Positions 25,734 through 36,204 of a stretch of DNA of 64,000 nucleotides are shown piece after piece. This DNA is from Lama glama (Eukaryota). Position 1 is the first letter of the stretch, and every line of letters begins with the position of its first letter. Below the pieces are notes generated by a model. That model was not told the DNA's origin, made no database searches, and saw only the letters and a list, made by a program, of their open reading frames with translations. The DNA is taken from the NCBI GenBank assembly GCA_028534125.1, contig CM052817.1, forward strand, positions 102,240,001 through 102,304,000. The letters are read 5' to 3'. The translations under genes were made by a program, and so were the position numbers.

Positions 25734-26590
25734 TTTTTTCTATTGAAGTGTAGTCAGTTTACAATGTTGTGTTAATTTCTGGTGTAAAGCGCAGTGATTC
25801 AGTTATACATTTATATGTACATATATATTCCCTTTCATATTCTCTTTCACTATAGGTTATTATAAGATATTGAATATAGTTCCCTGTGCTGTACAGAAGA
25901 AACTTCTGTTTATCTATTTTATATATAGTAGTTAGCATCTGCAAATCCCAGACTCCCAATTTATCCCTCCACCTCCCCTTCTTCCTTGTAACCGTAAGTT
26001 TGTTTTCTATGTCTGTAAGTCTGTTTCTGTTTTGTAAAAAGTTCATTTGTGTCATTTTTTTCAGATTCCACATATAAGTGATAAAATATGATGTTTGTCT
26101 TTCTCTTTCTGGCTTACTTCATTTATGATGACAATCTCTGGGTCCATCCATGTTGCTGCAAATGGCATTATTTCATTCTTTTTTATAGCTGAGTAGTATT
26201 CCATTGTATAACTATACCACAACTTCTTTATCCAGTCATCTGTTGATGGACATTTAGGTTGCTTCCATGTCTTGGCTATTGTAAATAATACTGCTGTGAA
26301 CATTGGGGTGCATATGTTGTTTCAAGTTAGTTTTCTCTGGATATATGCCCAGGAGTAGGATGGCTGGATCATATGGTAAATCTAATTTTTGGTTTTTTTG
26401 TGACATCTCCATACTGTTCTGCACAGTGGCCTCACCAAACTATATTTCCACCAACAGTGTAGGAGGGCTCCCTTTTCTCCACACTCTCTCCAGCATTTAT
26501 CATTCGTGCACTTTTGAATGATGGCCATTCTGACTGGTGTGAGGTGATACCTCATTGTAGTTTTGATCTGCATTTCTCTGATAATTAATA
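25734..26590 (-). mobile_element. 5'-truncated LINE-1
   Basis: Minus-strand peptides [22 protein letters not shown] and MFTAVLFTIAKTWKQPKCPS...ICGI*, followed by the 3' UTR. Confidence 0.95.
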
Positions 26591-27244
26591 TACTAATACT
26601 TTTTAAAATCACTATCACATCATCACAATTTCCAGATTAGTTATTTTTCAGCAAAAGTATGAAATTGTTTTTATATCCCTGATAAATATCAAAGGAATGA
26701 ATGTACCTAACACTTTCCATAAACTCATATATTCTAAGTTTAACACATCAAACCCAACAAAATCAAAAAAGAGAAAAACTGCAATTTAAACTGAAGCCTT
26801 GACATTTCAGAGTAGCTCTGGACCTCATATACCAAATGCCTGACACTACAGAGTTCTGACCATCAAAGCTATAAATTAACCCTTGGAGAGCAATATAAAG
26901 GTAAGGATCGATTCATATAATCGATCAGCTGAAATCTTAAAGAAAAAACTAGCCACACTTTTCTGCATTTTATGCAGCCATATCTTCATTTTTTTCAGGA
27001 TTAGGATGTATCATTTATGGCCATGCCCAATCTCATTATTTGTTAGGACAAGATGGGTAACTCAGCATTAATAAGGAAAATTAATCCTACAAACAGAGGA
27101 CTCGAATTCTATTTCCCTTTTTGTAGTGAATACTTCCTTCAGTCCTCTGTGAAGAAATCTCACCCAGTTCAGCAAGAACCAGTCTGAAGAATAATGTCTG
27201 GCTGAGTTTCTGTCTCCACTTATAAGAAATAGTCACGACTTTTT

Positions 27245-27430
27245 AAGTGATTACTATGTGCTAGTGCTTAAAATACATTACCTTTGATGCTCAAACTAAC
27301 GCTTCAAAGTATCTATTATTATCCCATTTTCTAGATGACGAAAATGAGGTTCAAAGAATACAGTTTACAACGTGCAGAGCCAGACAGACTCCAGTCTATC
27401 TATGATCTTTCTACTTGCTGTCTCCCACTG
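27245..27430 (-). mobile_element. MIR
   Basis: ATTATTATCCCATTTTCTAGATGACGAAAATGAGGTTCA. Confidence 0.65.
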
Positions 27431-28402
27431 AGCACATAACTATTAATAAGTCAGCTCATATTCTGCTTAAAAGGATTGGAAAAGTGCTTTACAATATTGG
27501 CATTCCTCCAAAAAAAAAGCGGAAATATACTCAATATAATTGTTCTCCTTTTTAAGTTTTGAACTGTTTTGTTTGAATTATTATTCAAGGCAGAGAACAG
27601 ACAGAATAAACTAAAAAGTGAAAATACTGCTATATTCTCAGATCAGCTACTCAATTTCTTTGGATAACAATGAGAGATATAAATGCCTTTCAAAGACAAG
27701 TTAAAGGACTCAACGGCCGATGGGCAACTTGAGACGTTTCAGCAACCAAAAGACTTTAGAAATACCTCTGCTAATATGCAAAATTCATAGCTTTAAATTC
27801 TGATAAAGTCTAAAAAGAGGCACTGACAGAGAGCATGTTTTTTACATGAAATGAGAACTGCCTGGCACTAAATTGCAGCATAAAAAGGATATTAACTGCC
27901 TTCCCATATTATAATGTTGATAGTAGATGTTCCAATGGCAGCCCCGCTTTTCAGAAAGCAGGAAGAATGCTGTAGGAGACGCCCAAGTCCTGAGACAGTC
28001 AACACTCATTTAAGTGAGTACCACGCAGGTCATTCCATCTTACCATTGGACAAATCTCACTGTTTTTATATACTATGCATTCTAGTAAGCACTTGGCAGC
28101 AAGCAAGACAGATCAAGCCTCCGCCGTCATCTCTGGAACCTATGACGAGCAGGGAAGCAGATGCTACACAGGTTAGCTGCGTGAGGCATGCTACAAACGA
28201 GGTGGATTGCATAATACGTACCATCTATGCATGTTTGTAAGATAGGACTTAATTAACAGTGGTGAAGTGGGAAGATTAGATGGTCAAGGAAGTCTTTCTA
28301 AGGATGTAATATTTTCCAAAAACAAGCAAAAGGAGCTGGAGGAAGGAGAACCCATGGCAGAAGTGACAAGAACAGCACATTCCAAGCAAAGGGAAGACGC
28401 AG

Positions 28403-28896
28403 CGTCTTACTTAGTCAGCCCTGGCTGCCGCAGGAAAGTCCACAGACTGGCAGGCTTGAAAAACAGAAATTTACTCTCACGGTTCTGGAGGCTGGAAGTC
28501 CAAGATGAGGGTGCAGCATGGCTGGATTCTGGGGAGAGGCTTCTTCCTGGCTTGCAGAGGGCCAGCCTCTTACTGTTTCCTCACATGGTGGAGAAAGCAA
28601 GTTCTGATCTCTTGTTTTTATAAAGATACTAATCTCATCACAGGGGCCCACCCTCACAACCTCATCTAAACCAAGACCTCCCAAAGGCCACACTTCCAAG
28701 TACCATTGGGGGTGGGGGTATAGCTCAGCTGGAGAGTATGCTGAGTATTCACAAGGTACTTGGTTCGATTCCCCGTACCTCCATTTGAACAATGAAAAAA
28801 AAAAAGAGAGAGAGAAAGAGAAACCAAATACCATCACCTGGGGTGTCAGAGCTTCTGCATATGGATCTTGGGGACACAAACATTCAGCACATAATA
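28403..28896 (-). mobile_element. MaLR solo LTR (MLT1A-like), interrupted by a SINE
   Basis: AACAGAAATTTACTCTCACGGTTCTGGAGGCTGGAAGTCCAAGAT...GGGGACACAAACATTCAG. Confidence 0.88.
28708..28823 (+). mobile_element. vic-1-like SINE, short form, inserted in a MaLR LTR
   Basis: tRNA-like head plus A/AG tail. TSD CCAAGTACCAT (28696-28706) / CCAAATACCAT (28824-28834). Confidence 0.85.
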
Positions 28897-29989
28897 CAGA
28901 GCAAACGCCTGAGGTGAGAAAGAACATGGCGCCTTAGTGAAGTATGAAGGGCTTGGGGAGATTCCTCAGAATAAGGATAGAAAGGCGAGCGGAATGGACT
29001 AGGCAAGGATTTTGAACCCGATCTTACAACAACTGCCAAGGTCACTGAAGCCTTAGGCATGAGTCATATAATCAGATCTGAGTTACAAATGCTTTTGAAA
29101 GAAACTATTCACCAAAGGAAATGTTAGGTTCTATCTGATTCGTGATGAGAGAATGAGGCACTTAGTAAAAGATAATTATGAGATATTTGGGCTCTAAAGC
29201 CTTGACTTACAAAAAAAGAAGCAGCAGCAAAATTAATTTCTGCTTAGACAAAGGTTTCTTTGGCATATTAAAACACAGCGTTAATACTTGTTAATAACAG
29301 TACCAGCTGGTTCTGCACATTTGGACAAGGGCTTGATAAGGACTGATTTTCCTCAAATGGGTCACCGTAAATTCCTTTTCCTGCATGTCTCAGCCTAAAT
29401 GCACACATGGCGGGAAACATCATTGGCAAATTCACGGAGGTGATTACTATTTTCCCTTTTTTGTGAAGGATTATCATTTGTTCAATTAAAATTCTAGAAT
29501 TATAAATACATAAAATTATTTATTGAGCATGGGGGAAACTAAAACACACAAAAACTGCTAATTTTCATTACTAGTTAACATGAATTGATCCGTGAAACAG
29601 TGAATCAGTAAACTTTTATAGCTGTACACATTAGCTTCCATTCAATCGTAATCTAGTATATTATAAATGGAGTGAAATTCTACAGGCTTTATATTCAAAA
29701 GACTCAGTAATACTAAGTCTTAATCATCTAAATCTCATTGAAATTCATAGAAATTTGAATTTAAGGAAAAAGCAGAAGTTTTGAGTATACTCTCAAAAAC
29801 TTATCGTCTTGCGTGTAACAACTATAAATTCTGAATAAAACAACAACAATAAAGAATCTGAAGTCTCTTGGAACAAAATAAAAGCAGCAAGATTTTCACA
29901 AGGGGTCAAAAAATTGGAAGAATGGACTGATGTAGAGTGAGTTTTCCATTTTTTAAGTTTAACTTACTCTACTTATTTTTAGATTGTTA

Positions 29990-30890
29990 CCGAAGGACAG
30001 GTGTCAGACAAGGCGTCACTCAGGGAGGCTAAAGCACCAATGAAGACACGCAGTCCCCCTAGAATGAAGACCCTTAAGACGGAGGTCAGGGCAACCACAG
30101 TCATTAGAAAGTGGGACGGAAATCTCAGGTAGCAGAAAGCCTTCCAGGCAAGTGCCGAATTCTGCATGAGCCCTATCCTTTCTCTGACTTACCCGTGACC
30201 TACACATGTGAGGGGAATATTGCAAAAACCCAGTTAAGAAAACTGAACTGAGATTTGCACTGGTGCTCAAAAATCAGAGGCTTCAGTTTGAGTACAACCA
30301 AGTTAATTGCCTGCTAAAACAAAAATATCAACACTATTCAGAAGAACATAACAAAATCCAGAGTCTCACAGCATAATATATGCAATGTCCAGAATACAGC
30401 GCAAAATTATTCAACATATGAATAACTAGGGAAATGTGACCTATTTTCAAGAGAAAAACAACAACAACAACAAAGAGACAAACCCCAGGATGACTCAGAT
30501 GTTAAAATTCACAAAGACTTTATAGCTATAAGAGACAAAGGAAGACACTCGTGTAATGAATGAAAAGACAGACGACTTCAGCAAAGAAACAGAAGCTATA
30601 AAATAAAACAAAATGGAAATTCTACAAGTGAAAAATACAACATATGAAATTTTTTAAAAAACTGTTGGATGTGCTTAACAGCAGACTAGAGAGGAGAAAT
30701 AAAATGGTGAATTTGAAAATAAAGCAAAAGAAACTATCTGATCTGAAAAACAAGAAGAAAATTATTAAAAAGAAAAATGAACAGAGCCTCAGGACCTCAG
30801 ATCAAAAAGTCTAACATATGTGCATTTGAAATCTCAGAAACAGAGAAAATAAGGAATGAGGTGGAAAAAAAAATATTTAAAAATAAAGAA
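29990..30890 (+). mobile_element. Ancient L1 5'/ORF1-region relic (L1M/L1ME-like)
   Basis: A-rich stretch resembling decayed ORF1 (GAAATTCTACAAGTGAAAAATACA, GATGTGCTTAACAGCAGACTAGA, GAACAGAGCCTCAGGACC). Confidence 0.6.
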
Positions 30891-32309
30891 AAAGTAGCTC
30901 CTAGAAAAATTCCTCTTTACACATGGGATAAGCTTAACTTTCTCGTTTAAAAAAAAAAGAAAAAGTTATCTTTACAAATGACAGACAAAAGTGGTAACTG
31001 TACTTCATATGTTAATATGCATTTAGAGAAATAAAAGCAAAGTAGCCTTAAGATGTTATGAATTTAGGTAAGAGCACAACTGTATTTCTCAGTGTATATG
31101 ACAAAATGGAATATTACCATATTCCCTCAAAATCATCTTTCTTCCAAAATATACTCAGATTCAAAACCCAAGATCAACTTGTTAAATTCATTTTGTGCTA
31201 TTAGAAGCATGCTGTAATACACACAGAATCTGTATTTTTAATGCAAGTAATCAAATCACCTAGAGTTCGTTAATTAATTTGCAAATGTCAAACATTGGTT
31301 AATAAATTGCCCTTCCTGTCACCTCTCTTCTTTATGCTGGACACTGAGAGATGATGGAAGTGGAACAGACATAAGCATGACAATTAGATGCTACACAAGA
31401 AAAATACCGCATAAAAGTTCTTGTAAGATGAGTCCAGGAAATAAAGTATCCGCCAGCACTGAAATACTGTGTTCTTGTTTATGCATAATGTAACAGAGCA
31501 GTCTTTGTATTATTTTTAACAGTTCAGCACTTAAAATAATCTATACTTCAAAGGAAAGTAAACAGTGCATAAGCTTCGATGGTTTTTTACCTCATGACTG
31601 GGTTCTTTTATAATAGACATTCTTAAGAACTAGACAGTTCAATCTCTATGTAAACAATAACTTCCTCTGTGTTTCCAAACGCAGAAATCAAGAGAAGTGT
31701 ACAACATGAGAAGTTTCTGACAAGACAATGGTTGGAAATCAAATAGTATTCATGTCTATTTATGTAAGGCTAGAAATAATATTCAGTCTCTTGAGAACAT
31801 ATCCACAGCATTGGCTATTTCTACACAGTTAATTTAAATGAGGAACAAAAGGACTTTTAGAATAATCTGAATGAAAGGGCTTTTAAAGATAGAGGACAGT
31901 CTCTTGTATCTGAACAGAAATTTTGAATTAACTGCCAGTAATCAAACTCCAATGAGATGAGAAATTGCCTCAAGTTCTGTTTCGTTCTTTCCTCTGTGCT
32001 ATCCTTGTGAACACAAGCTACGCCACAAGTCTTCCTTGATTTTTGCCACATGCATTCCTTAGAAGCATCCAGTGGATGGTAATTTCTTGTCTGAAGATTT
32101 AGTATGAATTAAATCAACAGTATCATCAAAAAAAATCAACAATTAAAAATTACTACCATCCTTTAGGATAGAAAATATAGGTTCTAATTTCTATAAAGTG
32201 AGCATAAACAAATAACTTATTGATTACATAAAGGATATCAATATATCAAGTGTACACACAACATATGGAAATTCAACTGAAAAAAAATGTTTTCCTTAAT
32301 ATTCTAATT

Positions 32310-32417
32310 ATAATACTACACTGCACCATTTTATATGAGAAGCTTGAGCACCCAAGGATTTTTGTATTTGCAGATGGTCCTGGAACCAATACTCCATGGA
32401 TACCAAGGGATGACTGA
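32310..32417. mobile_element. MER2/Tigger-type terminal fragment
   Basis: CCATTTTATATGAGAAGCTTGAGCA...GGTCCTGGAACCAAT...GGATACCAAGGGATGACTG. Confidence 0.7.
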
Positions 32418-33309
32418 ATTTAAACTTAAGGTTTCCTATTTTGATATGCAAAAGAACTTCTAAGGAATGATCTGTTTTGTTCAGCTTTCTTACAGGAAAA
32501 ATAAATAAATTTTAATTGATGTCTTTTTTTTTCTGTCACTATACCTGCTTTCTGTCATTATTTTGAATAAATGAAATTATTCAAAACCACCCAATGACTT
32601 TATTTTACGATTAAAGTAGTGTGTATCAAGAAGTGTTTGTTAAAGGGTACTGTGAATGATATTGTTCCTCTTGACTCTAGTTAAAGGAAAATTGAAAGCA
32701 TCGCTTTCTTCCCTTTGCCCAATTCCTACTACTCAATAAGAATAAGTTTCAGGATAATTAATAAGAAAAGGAAGACACAAGTCAGCCACCTCCTACGGCA
32801 TCAATGTTTTCCTCTTTCACTAGGATAAGTTACAACTCAAAGGACAAGCACAGAAGACAAAGCCTGGTGGTGCCTTTTCCTTAGGAAATACCCTTGACAA
32901 GTTGGAAGGCCAGATACATGCCCAAGAGCATGGGCGCCATGGGACTGGCAAATATGACCAGAGATGAACTGTGGAAGCATGTCAGGGAACAGGCTACTCT
33001 AATCTTTACTTTAAACCAAGAAGGGCAAGGAATCCTCAAAGCCCAGAAGGCCCCTGGGACCGTGTGTGATAAGAAGCAGACTAAATCTGGGACTGAAGTT
33101 CTCCACAGCACTTAAGACAGTGAGCTTTCCTAGGGGGTCACTGGAGGTGCAAGATCATCTTTCTATCCATGTAACATGACTAGTCATTGAGGTTTTTAAA
33201 ACAAGAGACTGACATTTCTTTCTTTCACTCTCACTTAGCTCCTCAGTTTAATCAAAACTCAAGTGAGGCGACGCACTGTGATAAACTTTCCTGGGAGTTG
33301 ACCACGCGT

Positions 33310-33520
33310 CACGCACTGCTCTATGCCCTGGGTATACAGCATCTCATTTAATCTTCACACTAGCCCTGTGAGGTTGGTCCTATTATGATTCCTTTTTTAT
33401 GGTCGAGAAAGCTGAGGCTTACAAAGGTTTTGGAACATGAGCCAGGCCCGGTTACTAAGTGACAGAGCTGAAATGTAAACCCTGTTCTGTCTTGCTCCAC
33501 AGCACAAGCTTTTATCCATT
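33310..33520 (-). mobile_element. MIR
   Basis: ATCTCATTTAATCTTCACACTAGCCCTGTGAGGT...GAGAAAGCTGAGGCTTA...CTAAGTGACAGAGCTG. Confidence 0.8.
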
Positions 33521-34677
33521 AGATCATTCTTCCTCTGTTCAAGTCAAGGACACTTGGACAGAATGAGCACCAGTCAACCTCGTCCCTCGTCTCAAAGAGC
33601 TTCCACGCACTTCATCAGAGGGCAATCCAAGATCTGCCTTTTTATGGGAAAATGGTAAACCCTGACACAAAGTTAACAAGCGTGGGCTTTTTAAAAGGAA
33701 ATTCAAGGCAGAATTGCTAAGAGAGAAAGACGCCAGTGCCTTAATGCATACACAGAGCAGGGATAGTATGGCCAAAGCCAGAGATTAAAAAAGTAAAAGT
33801 AGCAAGATTAAACAATAACCAAAATTAAGACATTTTTGTCTGTTCAACACAATATCCCATCTTAACTTGAGTCAACGCTTTTTTCTCATATGAAAGATAC
33901 TAGTTAATAGCTTCCATTAACTACAGGATATACTATTAAGAAATGGCAATAATAAATTCTACCTGTCCTTTCTTAGCCTGAAGCAGCTACATTTTCTTCA
34001 CAACTTCCTGACAGTAACAGATGCTAATGAAGGCCACTTTTGCTCAAGAGGTCCTTAATCCATCATCAAGGGATACCAGACAATGACCAACAGCAAAGAT
34101 TTCCAGGACCCTTCTTCAAGTGGGAAAGGGCTCTTAACATACGGCCAGGCCTGGGCAGACATGGGCCAACAGGCAGCAGATTCAATCATTCCAGGGCACT
34201 GAAGAAGGAAGTTGAGCAAACAGGGGCAAGACACCTCCAGACTTCATTTGGAAATACTGCAAACGGTGGGAGGGGCATATTACCTGCTAAAGAGAAGAGA
34301 AAAGTACAGAGGTAGGGGTAAAAGATCGAAGAGAAAGAGGATAATTGAGACGCCACGTCAGAAAAGATGGGAGGGGTGAAATGTACACTGTGGATGAATA
34401 AGCTCAGTTTGGACAGAGGAGACTCACTTAGTCCTTGAGGACTGCATGGCACACATGATACAGAAAAGTCCAGTGGTGGGAGCAAGTTTTCCCTTTCTGA
34501 CTGAGGCATGATTACCTGCAAAGAGTAAAGGGATCAAAACATGATGCTTAAAGAGAGTTAAGTTGAGACAGGAAGGAAAGGGACAGGGCACAACCATTCA
34601 AAGAATGACATAGTAATTAACACCAAGATAGTGGAAGATTCAACTCCCAGTGGACACTGAGGCCCAAGACGGCAGAT

Positions 34678-35177
34678 NNNNNNNNNNNNNNNNNNNNNNN
34701 NNNNNNNNNNNNNNNNNNNNNNNNNNNNNNNNNNNNNNNNNNNNNNNNNNNNNNNNNNNNNNNNNNNNNNNNNNNNNNNNNNNNNNNNNNNNNNNNNNNN
34801 NNNNNNNNNNNNNNNNNNNNNNNNNNNNNNNNNNNNNNNNNNNNNNNNNNNNNNNNNNNNNNNNNNNNNNNNNNNNNNNNNNNNNNNNNNNNNNNNNNNN
34901 NNNNNNNNNNNNNNNNNNNNNNNNNNNNNNNNNNNNNNNNNNNNNNNNNNNNNNNNNNNNNNNNNNNNNNNNNNNNNNNNNNNNNNNNNNNNNNNNNNNN
35001 NNNNNNNNNNNNNNNNNNNNNNNNNNNNNNNNNNNNNNNNNNNNNNNNNNNNNNNNNNNNNNNNNNNNNNNNNNNNNNNNNNNNNNNNNNNNNNNNNNNN
35101 NNNNNNNNNNNNNNNNNNNNNNNNNNNNNNNNNNNNNNNNNNNNNNNNNNNNNNNNNNNNNNNNNNNNNNNNNNNNN
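34678..35177. other. Assembly gap (500 N)
   Basis: Run of exactly 500 N. Confidence 1.
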
Positions 35178-36204
35178 CAAAGAATGAATAAAGAAAGGAG
35201 GAGTCAGGTAACTCGTTTTTACCACAGAGTAGCATCTCACTTACCTAAAGGTTATTACTTGAGACATGACTTATAAAGGCTAAAGCTTCACCCACCCTGA
35301 GAGCCAGGAAATAAGCCACAGAGGGCTTAAAACAACCCAGCCTGAGAGCTAAATGGAGCTTTAGGGCTTCGCTCACTAGTTAGCCACAAAGGCTCTACTT
35401 GCTCAAGTTATCCTGGAGTAAATATGGTTTGTTATCTCACAGCAGATAAGAAATAGGAAATTGGAAGCCATAAGGAGTGGTGCCAGAAGGGTGCACGTCA
35501 CAACATTCTGAGAGTGAAGGAGAGATCGTAACTTGAAAAGGCAACACATCCATAAGCAGAGTAGAGAGCCCCAATTTATAAAGGATGACAGCACCCCACT
35601 ACTGCTGAGTCCTGAAGGCATCGCTGGAGGAGCTCAGCCCACATATGATAAAAATAATTTGTCCTTCTCTAGCTCTTGGAAGCTTGCAAAGAAGGTAAGA
35701 CAAAATGTAAGAAGTCTCTGAAAATGGTTACTCGAAACAGTTCAGTGTTTAAAGGCAAACACTTGCTTATTTGAAAAACTGATTTGTGAGGGCCACCTTC
35801 CTTCCCCAGGATGCCACACACTGATGCTCAAAACCAGGAGACTTTGCCATTTGCATACTGCTTAACAATAAAACTGAGTGAGAATGTCTGATTCTTCCCA
35901 AACCCATCTGGGTGCTCATATCCAGACTGAAGGAAATTGGGATTCCAAAAGCAAAATCAAGATCCAAATACCATGTGAAGTAGAAAGGACCTTATAGATC
36001 ATTCAGTAAACGCCCCTGGCAGAAAGATTAGGTGACCAGAGGGCACCCATTCACGTCCCTGCAGAGGACACACTGAAGTCCATGTCCCCTGCCTTCCGAG
36101 CCAAGGTATAACTATCCACATCACAATCCTCCTTCCCTGTCCGTACTCATACCTTCTCCATCCCTTCCGTCCTTCCCCTCGATCCACAGGCCGGATGCAC
36201 TCAC

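Larger units (their letters stand above)
28000..29100 (-). mobile_element. L2 relic split by a MaLR LTR
   Basis: The L2-like motif CATTCCAAGCAAAGGGAAG stops at ~28402 and resumes as AGCAAACGCCTGAGGTGAGAAAGAACATGG at ~28900. Confidence 0.55.
1..36204 (-). other. DCHS2: DCHS2 intron 1 (partial; no further cadherin exon recognised)
   Basis: Starts at the GT donor at 36204. No cadherin-like ORF appears in the ORF track for 1-36204, and the region is repeat-rich. Confidence 0.75.

Noticed and set aside
34558..35276. ORFs longer than 200 aa across the poly-X stretch
   Set aside because: They are created by the 500-N gap.
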